A stretch of 64,000 nucleotides of DNA from Alphaproteobacteria bacterium (GTDB lineage Bacteria > Pseudomonadota > Alphaproteobacteria > SP197): positions 704,001 to 768,000 of the forward strand of contig OZ219917.1 in assembly GCA_964291415.2 (NCBI GenBank), read 5' to 3'. How positions within the stretch are numbered: the first letter of the stretch is position 1; the number at the start of each line of letters is the position of its first letter. The position numbers and the translations under genes were made by a program. Under the pieces are notes generated by a model. It was not told the origin of the DNA and did not search any database. It was given only the letters and a program-made list of their open reading frames with translations. Positions 29,392-37,603 of this stretch are shown piece by piece.

Positions 29392-29916
29392 ATGCGCGAG
29401 ATCGTTCTCGATACGGAAACCACCGGCCTCGACATCATGGATGGTCACAGGCTTGTCGAGATCGGCTGTGTCGAGCTCGTGGACCGGGTGGTGACCGGGC
29501 GGACCTGGAACACCTTTCTCAATCCCCGGCGCTGCAACCATGCCGAAGCCTTCGACATCCACAGGCTGCCCGATGCCTTCCTCAGGAAACAGCCGCTGTT
29601 CAGGGAACGGGCGAAGGACCTGATGGGGTTTCTCGCTTCCAGCCGCCTTGTCATGCACAACGCGGCGTTCGATCTCGCCTTCCTCAACAACGAACTGGTT
29701 CTGGAAGGCATGGAGCCGATCCGCGGCTCCCGGGCCATAGACACGCTCAGCATGGCGCGCAGTATCTTTCCCGGAAGAGCCAACGATCTTGGCGCCCTGG
29801 CACAGCGGCTCGGCATCGAGATCGTCCCCGGGCGCACCCATCGCGCCCTCTCCGATGCCAGGCTGCTGGCCGTCGTCTACATCGCACTCCTCAAGCACCG
29901 GGAAGACCATGCGTGA
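29392..29916 (+). CDS. DnaQ-like DEDDh 3'-5' exonuclease (short paralog)
   Basis: MREIVLDTETTGL, EIGCVE, HNAAFD, DTL and HRALSDA. Lacks the C-terminal tail. Confidence 0.85.
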   Translation: MREIVLDTETTGLDIMDGHRLVEIGCVELVDRVVTGRTWNTFLNPRRCNHAEAFDIHRLPDAFLRKQPLFRERAKDLMGFLASSRLVMHNAAFDLAFLNNELVLEGMEPIRGSRAIDTLSMARSIFPGRANDLGALAQRLGIEIVPGRTHRALSDARLLAVVYIALLKHREDHA

Positions 29917-30595
29917 AGTCGTCCTCGACACCGAAACCACAGGGCTCGACCACGCCGCCGGTCATCGCGTCGTCGAGATCGGCTGCGTCGAACTCAGCAA
30001 CCACGTTCCCACGGGGCGTTCCTGGAGCACCTATCTCAATCCCGGGCGCGACAGCGAGGACGCCGCTCTCGCCGTTCACGGTCTGACTGCCGCCTTCCTC
30101 GCCGAGCAGCCGTCGTTCCCGGACAAGGCCGAGGAATTCCTGGAATTCCTGGCAGACAGCCGCCTCGTCATCCACAACGCCGAGTTCGACCTGAATTTTC
30201 TCAACAGCGAGCTCGAGCGATGCGGCCTCGGCCCGATCGATCCGGGCCGCGCCGTCGACACCCTCATCCTGGCGCGGCGGAAGTATCCCGGCGAGCCAAA
30301 CAGTCTCGACGCCCTGACGAGGCGCTTTCGCATCGACGCCTCGACGCGCCAGGAGGCCCATGGCGCCCTTGTCGACGCACGACTCCTGGCGGAGGTCTAT
30401 CTCGAGTTGGTCGGCGGACGCCAGTCGGCCCTCGATTTCGCGGGTTCCGAGGGCTCCCTCCTGTCTGCGGCATCCGGCGAACCCTCCCGCACGTTCCGTC
30501 CGCCCCGTCCCCACGAGGCCACGGCGGAAGAGATCGCCCGCCACGAGGATTTCCTGCGCGAACACGTCAAGGATCCGATCTGGCTGCGGTCATGA
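29909..30595 (+). CDS. dnaQ: DNA polymerase III epsilon subunit
   Basis: MREVVLDTETTGL, HNAEFD, HGALVDA, clamp-motif-like GGRQSALDF, and C-terminal E.ARH..F...PIW. Confidence 0.93.
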   Translation: MREVVLDTETTGLDHAAGHRVVEIGCVELSNHVPTGRSWSTYLNPGRDSEDAALAVHGLTAAFLAEQPSFPDKAEEFLEFLADSRLVIHNAEFDLNFLNSELERCGLGPIDPGRAVDTLILARRKYPGEPNSLDALTRRFRIDASTRQEAHGALVDARLLAEVYLELVGGRQSALDFAGSEGSLLSAASGEPSRTFRPPRPHEATAEEIARHEDFLREHVKDPIWLRS

Positions 30596-30848
30596 TTTCC
30601 GCGTTGCACGGCGCTCTTCCATGACGATGTCGGCAAGACCGACGCCACGACCTTCGCCTGATCCGCCTTCCCGGGTGTCGAGGTTGCGCGAGGCGCCGGC
30701 ACCCTGACCCGGACAGATCCCGTTGCTACAGGGATTGGCATGCGACAACAGGGCCGATTCCGGGCAAGGCGCATTGACGACATGGTTCGCATGACCGATC
30801 GAATCGCAGTCCCCGGACCGCCTGGCAACCGGACACAAAGAGTGACCA

Positions 30849-30863
30849 GTCATATTACATGAC
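30849..30863 (+). promoter_or_regulatory. palindrome upstream of the TA operon, possible autoregulatory operator
   Basis: GTCAT-attac-ATGAC inverted repeat with repeated TGACCA, about 22 nt before the antitoxin ATG. Confidence 0.4.
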
Positions 30864-30885
30864 CATAGTGAGAGGGAGTGACGCG

Positions 30886-31110
30886 ATGAGAGTGATCGGT
30901 GCGGCAAAGTTCAAGGAACAGTGCCTGGCGCTGCTCGACAATCTGGGCAACGACGGCCTGATCATCACCAAGCGCGGTAAGCCCGTTGCCCGCCTGCTTC
31001 CGCTGGCGCACCACGACGCCGAATTGATCGGCAGTCTGCGCGACAAGATCGTTGTCCGCGGCGACATCCTGGCCACGGGGGTCGATTGGGACGCAGATGC
31101 TCAATCTTGA
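30886..31110 (+). CDS. Phd/YefM-family antitoxin
   Basis: IGAAKFKEQCL and IITKRGKPVARLLP. Confidence 0.9.
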   Translation: MRVIGAAKFKEQCLALLDNLGNDGLIITKRGKPVARLLPLAHHDAELIGSLRDKIVVRGDILATGVDWDADAQS

Positions 31111-31489
31111 CACGCACATTCTCGTCTTTTCACTCACCGGTGCATTGCGATCCGGGGAATGTGCGGCATTGAGTCAAGCGAGGTGGTCGATTTCCGCGAT
31201 CGTGTTGTGGGAACTGGCAAAGCTCATCCGGCTTGGACGGCTGGACATGGATCTCGAAGACCGCCAGATTGCCCGTGTTCTGAATGGTCTGCATGTCTGG
31301 CCATTCGATCTGGACGTCGCCAGAATGTCAGTAAATCTCGATTTCAGAGGCGATCCGGCCGACGAGATCATCGCCGCGACGAGCATCGTTCACGACGTAC
31401 CCCTGATCACCCGCGACCGCGTCATCCGACAATCCAGGATGGTTCCACTCGCCGCATTGCACGAAACGGCAGGGAGGTCTGAAACCTGA
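31097..31489 (+). CDS. vapC: VapC-family PIN-domain toxin
   Basis: LDTH, ISAIVLWE, DPADEIIAAT and LITRD. Overlaps the antitoxin. Confidence 0.9.
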   Translation: MLNLDTHILVFSLTGALRSGECAALSQARWSISAIVLWELAKLIRLGRLDMDLEDRQIARVLNGLHVWPFDLDVARMSVNLDFRGDPADEIIAATSIVHDVPLITRDRVIRQSRMVPLAALHETAGRSET

Positions 31490-31637
31490 AGTTGCATCGC
31501 ATGGCCCAATCGCGCGGGCGCCTGTCCGTCAACCCCGTCTTCCGTCACCTGTGTAACGGCCTGCTGGAGCCTTGAGGCGCTGGCGACCGACATCACTTGA
31601 ACGTCAACATCAGCCACATGGGTAGAGGCAAGCTGCG

Positions 31638-31875
31638 ATGACATTGATCTCCATGGTGGAGTTTCGGCGGAACGCTGAAGGTGTCCTCCGACGAATTGAG
31701 CAAGGCGAATCATCTGATACTGACGTATCGAGGCCGGCCCGTGGCCCGGCTGGAACCCTGCGCACCCCCAACCGTGCCGGCCGACGACCCGATCTATCGT
31801 CTGGCCGAGCTTGCTGCGGAAGAAGGAGAGTCTCTGTGCAACGACGAGGTGGACGCGACCATCTATGGTCGATGA
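31638..31875 (+). pseudogene. Phd/YefM-family antitoxin, frameshifted and orphan
   Basis: MTLISMVEFRRNAEGVLRRIEQGES continues in another frame as LILTYRGRPVARLEP...DDPIYRL...IYGR*, with the shift near 31712. Confidence 0.7.
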
Positions 31876-32207
31876 CGCGTTCATCGAAGTGAGTGGTGAC
31901 TGGATCGTGTCCCGATCCGTGGTGCCGAAGCCTGGTGTCCCTCGTGATATCCGGCGCGTTGGGCCGAGATGCTCAGGCTGTAGCCTCCCCTGCTTGCCTG
32001 CGGCCGGCACCACCCCGAAGACCGCTGCAATGGAGACTATCGACATCTTTCGAGCCGGTCTGCGAAGGCCTTGACCATAGGTCCTGATCGGCCGGCGCGC
32101 CTGTAGCGGGGCGCTGGCGAGACAGGCCGGATCCGGTGCGAGATTGCCGCAAGCCGGATCCCCCTCTACTGTCCGGGCGCATCGCCACAACCCTGGAGCG
32201 AGGAACA

Positions 32208-32843
32208 ATGGAGAGGTCCGGGCGTTTCAGCGACGTCGTGACGACGTCGGATGAACTGCGGGAGATCGTGGGCGAGGTCATTCCGGCTGCGGTCACCAAG
32301 GTGATCGATCACCTTGACGGCTTCTGCATCGATTTCATCCGCCATGCGCCGTTCTTCGTCATCGGTTCGGGAGGGGGTTCACGCGATGTCGATGTCTCGC
32401 CGAAAGGCGATCCCGCAGGATTCGTGAGGATCATCGACAGCACGACCCTCGCCATCCCCGACCGGCCGGGCAATGCCCGCATGGACACGTTCCTCAACGT
32501 GCTCGAGAATCCGAAGGTGGCCCTCATCTTCCTGGTTCCCGGGCGCAAGGACACGCTGAGGGTGGCCGGTCGGGCGGAGATCGTGGCCGACGAGGCCCTG
32601 CGGCGCTCCATGACCGAACACGGGAAGGTACCCCGACTTGTCATGATCGTTCATGTCGAGCACGCCTTCTTCCATTGCACGAAGTGCATGGTTCGCTCGA
32701 ACCTGTGGAAGCCCGAGGCATGGCCGGACACCTCCGGCATGCAGAGTTTCGGCGCCGCGATCGTTGCCCAGGCGAAGCTCAAGGAGACGGCGAGCGAGGC
32801 CGATGCTTCCATGAAGGACGCCGAGCAGAACAGGCTCTACTGA
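32208..32843 (+). CDS. pyridoxamine-5'-phosphate-oxidase-like FMN-binding protein (MSMEG_1061-like)
   Basis: DVSPKGDPAGFV, IPDRPGN, LIFLVPG, TLRVAG and FFHCTKC..RS.LW. Confidence 0.88.
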   Translation: MERSGRFSDVVTTSDELREIVGEVIPAAVTKVIDHLDGFCIDFIRHAPFFVIGSGGGSRDVDVSPKGDPAGFVRIIDSTTLAIPDRPGNARMDTFLNVLENPKVALIFLVPGRKDTLRVAGRAEIVADEALRRSMTEHGKVPRLVMIVHVEHAFFHCTKCMVRSNLWKPEAWPDTSGMQSFGAAIVAQAKLKETASEADASMKDAEQNRLY

Positions 32844-33071
32844 TGCCGCGGTCCGCCGCTGCTGACGGACCATCACGGCGCGAGAGCGTGGTGATACGTG
32901 CGTGATGCAGGCACCTCCGGCGGTAGCCGGGACAGGCATGTGGCGTCAGCCGGCGTCCGGAGTGCGCACCTGTTCTGCTGACTGGAGTGTCCGGCTCGCC
33001 GGTTTGGCAAGGCGCGAGCCCCCTGAAGCCGCCGCCGGGGCAATCTTGGCCGGAAGAGGTCGTTCGCCCCG

Positions 33072-33944
33072 TTATCGTGCTGGCCGCGTTCCGGAGATGA
33101 AGCGGTAGGTGAACAAGCCTTGCGACAGTCCCGAAGCGTAGGAGACGGATGCGTCCATCCAGTCCAGCAAGTCCGGATTGGTCTTGCCGAGATGAGGGTT
33201 CAGGAACGACATCGTCAGGTACGTCCGGCGGATTTCCTCTGTCGACGGGATCGCCTCGGCGGAGAGGTCCCGTTCCTCGATGTCCTCGAAGCCCGCTTCT
33301 TCCAGCACCGTGCATGTATCACGCCACGTGCCCATCGGCGCCAGGCGCCAGTTTCGCTCCACGGCCTCGACAAGCGCCCGATGTTCGTCCGGCACCGGTG
33401 CTCTCTTCAGAAAGCCGCCGTCCAGGGCCTGCCAGCGCCCGCCGGGCTTCAACACCCGGTAGACACCCCGGAGATACGCTGGTTTGTCGTACGCATGGCA
33501 GAAGGACTCCTGGTTCAGGACCGCATCGAAGCAGGCGTTGGAAAACGGCAGTTCCATGAAGTCACCGCAGAGAAACTCCACCAGATGGCCGACCCCGCGC
33601 TCTTGCGCGCATCGCGCCGCCAGGGCGACATGGGGCGCGCAGTTCGTCAACCCGGTGACCCGGACGCCATGCGTCTGCGCCAGGGCGATTGCCGTGGCGC
33701 CCGCGCCGCAGCCGGCATCCAGTACATGCCGTCCCGGACCGAGGGGGCATCCTTGGGTCAGAATGTCGTTGGCGCGTTCCAGGCTTTCCCGCCTGGTCCT
33801 CGTACCCGGCCCCCAGAGGCCGCGATGAAGATGGGGCGGCTCCTCGCGTTCTGTCGACAGAAGCCCGGTCAGCGAGGCATACAGTTCGGCAACCGAACCC
33901 TGCGTTCCGGTACTGCCGGACGAATCCGCTCCCTCAGCGTCCAT
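33072..33944 (-). CDS. class I SAM-dependent methyltransferase (tocopherol/sterol/RebM-like), in the RiPP cluster
   Basis: HLHRGLW, VLDAGCGAG, GDFMELPF, FDAV...ESFCH and RVLKPGG. Confidence 0.9.
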   Translation of the reverse strand: MDAEGADSSGSTGTQGSVAELYASLTGLLSTEREEPPHLHRGLWGPGTRTRRESLERANDILTQGCPLGPGRHVLDAGCGAGATAIALAQTHGVRVTGLTNCAPHVALAARCAQERGVGHLVEFLCGDFMELPFSNACFDAVLNQESFCHAYDKPAYLRGVYRVLKPGGRWQALDGGFLKRAPVPDEHRALVEAVERNWRLAPMGTWRDTCTVLEEAGFEDIEERDLSAEAIPSTEEIRRTYLTMSFLNPHLGKTNPDLLDWMDASVSYASGLSQGLFTYRFISGTRPAR

Positions 33945-34007
33945 TCCGGATCACTCCGGCAGAGGGTTCCCACAACGCGGAATGCTGTCGGGAGCCGTGT
34001 GTTGCCC

Positions 34008-35273
34008 TCAGCTCCATTCGACTGTCAGTTGCTTCAGCCCGCGAAACGTGATTGTCCGGAAAATGTCCGGCGAACCGCCGTCCGCCAGTCTCATGCCGGG
34101 CAGGCGGCTGGTCAGTTCTTCCAGGGCGATCTTCATCTCAAGCCGGGCGAGCTGTGCCCCGAGACAGAAATGCGCGCCATGGCCGAACGAGAGATGGTCC
34201 CGGGCATTCTTGCGCTCGATGTCCATCGTCTCGCCGTCCGGGAAAACGGTCTCGTCGCGGTTGCCGGAGGCGAGCAGCAGCAGGATTGTCGCGCCCGACG
34301 GAATCTGCCGCCCGGCGATCTCGGCGTCGCGCGTGGCGAGGCGGGGGAATGCCAGAAGAGGGGTGCCGAGGCGCAGGATTTCCTCGACCGCGTTGGGGAT
34401 GAGGCCGGTGTCGGCACAAAGGCGCCCCCACACGTTTCCGTCCGCCAGCATGGCCCTGATGCCGTGGGCCAGCGAATGGCTCTGGTTGTCCGCCCCCGCG
34501 GTCTGCAGCAGGAACACGAAGTTGTGGAGATAGTTGTCGGTGAAGAGCGACGGGGTCGCCCGGCGCGTCCGCACGATGTCGCCGAGATAGTTGTCGCCGG
34601 GATTCTCGATAGCGGCCCTGGCCAGCCCGCCGCTGAACGACCACAGCCGGACAACCATTTCCATCAGGGAGACCTGCGCGGCTTCGGTCACGGTCCCCCA
34701 GGTTTCGACCCGCCGCATTCCGCCTGGCCACCTGGCGAGGTCGAACTCCTCGTCGTCGCCGCCAAGAAGGTGGAAGGTCATCCGGGCGGCAGCCGGCTGC
34801 AGGAACCGGGCGATCAGGTCGGCGCGGCCATCCTCGATGAAGCTGTCGATCTGACTCGAAACGATCGCGCGAATTCTCGGCTCGTATTGCGCCACGCTGC
34901 GTGCGGAAAGGCCGTCTGCGAAGATACGCCGGTTGTCACGGTGAGAGGCCGGCTCCTCGTCCGCCAGAGTAGGTTCCAGCCGCACTCCGGCCGAGCGATA
35001 CACTTCCTCTGCCCTGGGGCATAGCGGCACGGGGGGCTGACGCACATTGGCCGAAGAGAAGGTTTCCTGATCCCGGAAGACTGCGCGGATATCGCTGTAC
35101 CGGGCGACCGTCCACCAGCCGGTTTCGGGAACATGCAGAACCGGCGCCTCGGCTCTGGCCCAGGCGAAGAAGCGGTAGGGATCGGCATAGTACTCGGCAT
35201 GCCGCGAACCGTGCGGCGTGCCGGCGTGCGCCGCCAGCATCTCGTCGAACCGAGTCGCATTGGCTTCCGGCAT
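34008..35273 (-). CDS. cytochrome P450 (copy A), standalone heme domain resembling CYP116-type enzymes
   Basis: EEILR (ExxR), SGNRDE..F, HLSFGHGAHFCLG heme motif and I-helix AGADN. GAAGGAG RBS before ATG 35273. Confidence 0.95.
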   Translation of the reverse strand: MPEANATRFDEMLAAHAGTPHGSRHAEYYADPYRFFAWARAEAPVLHVPETGWWTVARYSDIRAVFRDQETFSSANVRQPPVPLCPRAEEVYRSAGVRLEPTLADEEPASHRDNRRIFADGLSARSVAQYEPRIRAIVSSQIDSFIEDGRADLIARFLQPAAARMTFHLLGGDDEEFDLARWPGGMRRVETWGTVTEAAQVSLMEMVVRLWSFSGGLARAAIENPGDNYLGDIVRTRRATPSLFTDNYLHNFVFLLQTAGADNQSHSLAHGIRAMLADGNVWGRLCADTGLIPNAVEEILRLGTPLLAFPRLATRDAEIAGRQIPSGATILLLLASGNRDETVFPDGETMDIERKNARDHLSFGHGAHFCLGAQLARLEMKIALEELTSRLPGMRLADGGSPDIFRTITFRGLKQLTVEWS

Positions 35274-35495
35274 CTCCTTCTCCGCGACAGCGATCCTGCT
35301 CGATCCGTCGAAAACAGTAGCGCGCCAGCCTGGAGACGGACAAGTCTGTCTCCCTGTCCGTCCGGTGTTGAAACTCCTTCCCGGCCGATGGCAGAGCCGT
35401 CCCCGGGCGGGGCGTGTGGTCGATCTGCGAGGTGAGAATTCAGGGGTTCCCACGCCGCGTTCTTGAGCCATTGCACCGCCGCCGCGGAACCAGGG

Positions 35496-36761
35496 TCAAC
35501 TCCAGTCGACCGTCAGGTGCTTCAGTCCGCGGAAACTGAAGGTCCGGAAGACTTCCGGTGGCCTGTCATCCGCCAGCCTCATGTCGGGCAGACGGCGGGT
35601 CAGTTCCTCCAGAATGACCTTCATCTGGAGCCGGGCGAGCGGCGCCCCAAGGCAGTAATGCACGCCATGGCCGAACGTCAGGTGATCCCGTGCGTTCTCC
35701 CGGTCGATGTCCATCGTCCCGCCGTCCGGGAACACCGTCTCGTCGCGGTTGCCCGAAGCGAGGAGCAACAGGACCCGGGCACCAGCCGGAATCCGCCGCC
35801 CGGCGACTTCAACGTCCCGGGTTGCGAGCCGCGGGAACATCAGCGTGGGCGTGCACAGGCGCAGGATCTCTTCGGCCGCGTTGGGGATGAGGCCGGGATC
35901 GGCGCAAAGGCGTGCCCACATGTCACCGTTCGCCAGCATGGCCCGGATGCCGTGGGCAAGCGAGTGGCTCTGGGTGTCCGCCCCCGCCATCTGGAGCGCG
36001 ATCACGACATTGTGGAGATAGTTGTCCGTGAACAGGGACGGGTCCGCCCGGCGCGACCGGACGATATCGCCGAGATAGTTGTCGCCGGGCTCCTCGATGG
36101 CGGCTTCGAGCAACGAGCCGCCGAACGACCACAACCGGACGACCATGTTGACCAGGGAGATTTGAGCTGCCTCGCTCGGGGCGCCCAGGATCTGGACCCT
36201 CGGGATGCCGCCCGGCCAGTCGGCGAGGTCGAAATTCTCGTCGTCACCGCCGAGCAGGTGGAACGTCATCCTGCTCGCGACAGGATGGAGGAACCGGATG
36301 ATGAGGTCCACCCGACCTTCGTCGGCGAGGCCGTCGATCAGTTGCGAAACGATCGCGCGGATCTTTGGTTCGTACTGCTTGACGATGCGCGCGGAGAGAC
36401 CTTTGCCGAAAAGACGCCGGCTGCGGCGGTGGGCGGTCGAATCCTCGTCGATCAGCGCGGGCTCCAGCCGCACACCGGCGGAGCGGTAGATCTCCATCGC
36501 CCTCGGGCAGAGCGGCACGGGGAACTGGCGGACGTTGGCCGACGAGAATGTCTCCGGGTCCCGGAAAACCGCGCGAATGTCGTCAAAGCGGGAGACCGCC
36601 CACGCGTCGAGCTCCGGAATGTGCAGAACGGGCGCTTCGGCCCGGGCCCAGGCGAAGAAGCGGTATGGATCGGCGAAGTACTCGGCATACCGCGAACCGC
36701 GCAGAGTGCCGGCATGCGAGGTGAGCATCTCGTCGAACCGCACCGCGCCTTGTTCGGACAT
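35496..36761 (-). CDS. cytochrome P450 (copy B), tandem paralog of copy A
   Basis: EEILR, HLTFGHGVHYCLG and I-helix AGADT. Long identical blocks with copy A (DPYRFFAWARAEAPVLH, DPSLFTDNYLHN versus TPSLFTDNYLHN). Confidence 0.95.
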   Translation of the reverse strand: MSEQGAVRFDEMLTSHAGTLRGSRYAEYFADPYRFFAWARAEAPVLHIPELDAWAVSRFDDIRAVFRDPETFSSANVRQFPVPLCPRAMEIYRSAGVRLEPALIDEDSTAHRRSRRLFGKGLSARIVKQYEPKIRAIVSQLIDGLADEGRVDLIIRFLHPVASRMTFHLLGGDDENFDLADWPGGIPRVQILGAPSEAAQISLVNMVVRLWSFGGSLLEAAIEEPGDNYLGDIVRSRRADPSLFTDNYLHNVVIALQMAGADTQSHSLAHGIRAMLANGDMWARLCADPGLIPNAAEEILRLCTPTLMFPRLATRDVEVAGRRIPAGARVLLLLASGNRDETVFPDGGTMDIDRENARDHLTFGHGVHYCLGAPLARLQMKVILEELTRRLPDMRLADDRPPEVFRTFSFRGLKHLTVDWS

Positions 36762-37255
36762 TTGCGTCTCCGCATCAGACTTCGCTGCGCCGTCAGCCGC
36801 CGGGACCGCGCCCCGGGCTGTGATGGAGGCCCCCGGCGACCATCGCGGCATCCGGCGTGCAGGGCCGACTCGTTCAGGTTGCCACGGTAAGCAACTTGAG
36901 GGCGAGAGTGTCGCTTACGGGGTCGGAGGATTCCAGAGTGGAACGGACCGTTCCGGCGGACCTCGTGATTCGCGAGTCATGCTTCGCAGAGAGGGCGTTC
37001 CGTGCCTTCGCCAGGGAGCGGCTGACAGGTCGCTCGGATTGCGGCGCATCTGTGGGTCGCGATGTCCGCGAGGAGACTGCCCTGGTTTCGATGGCGCGGG
37101 CGGGGCGGAACACGTTCGCACCCGCAGGCGGCTGGAGATCAGGGAGGTGCAGGCGAACGTCGTGCAGCAGCCGGTGGTGAAGTGGTTTTCAAATGTCATC
37201 GCTTCTGGCAGGGTGACGGCCTTGCTGTTGCACATGTCCTCGAAGGAGAACAACG

Positions 37256-37534
37256 ATGACCAAGGCGATCGAAACCAGCCAAGGGGCGATGACGGCATCC
37301 CAGGTCCGCGAACAACTCCTCGCGCAGGCGGCCGAGAGCGAAGAGTTTCGCGCGCGGTTGCTTGCAGACCCTCGGGCAACCCTGAGGGAAGACTACGGCA
37401 TCGTGTTGCCGGAGAACCTGAAAGTGTGCGTCCACGAGGAGGATGCGACAACGGCGCACCTGGTGTTGCCGCCTTCGAAGAGGCTTACCGACGCCGAACT
37501 GGAAGCAGCATCAGGCAGCGGCGGCTATTACTGA
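37256..37534 (+). CDS. NHLP-leader (proteusin-type) RiPP precursor with a very short core (GGYY)
   Basis: EEFRARLLADPRATL...GIVLPENLKVCVHEEDATTAHLVLPP...LTDAELEAASG is the classic nitrile-hydratase-like leader. Strong GAAGGAG RBS. Lies upstream of NHLP-type transporters. Confidence 0.92.
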   Translation: MTKAIETSQGAMTASQVREQLLAQAAESEEFRARLLADPRATLREDYGIVLPENLKVCVHEEDATTAHLVLPPSKRLTDAELEAASGSGGYY

Positions 37535-37603
37535 TTTCGCCTCCGGGTCCTGTCGTCGCCTGCGTGTCCGCGCAGCGACGTAGCCGGTGCGTCCCTTGTC
37601 CGG

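Noticed and set aside
32844-33071. att sites or direct repeats bounding the RiPP cluster (compared with 45721-45882)
   Set aside because: No convincing shared repeat was found between the two flanks.
33120-36890. Long plus-strand ORFs (634 aa and 475 aa) over the methyltransferase and P450 genes
   Set aside because: These are antisense shadows typical of high-GC DNA and carry no motifs. The same applies to 43137-44753, 47274-48665 and 49853-52000.
37206-37225. Possible sigma54 promoter upstream of the precursor (TGGCA...GC)
   Set aside because: GG-N10-GC spacing can be found, but the TTGC element is out of register and no activator gene is nearby. Too weak to call.
36762-37255. Additional precursor peptides in the divergent intergenic region
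   Set aside because: The short ORFs here lack an NHLP/Nif11 leader, a double-Gly motif or an aromatic core. This is more likely a promoter region.
37256-37534. Nitrile hydratase alpha subunit
   Set aside because: It lacks the CxxCSC metal-binding motif, has no beta subunit, and sits next to C39 exporters, so it is an NHLP precursor.
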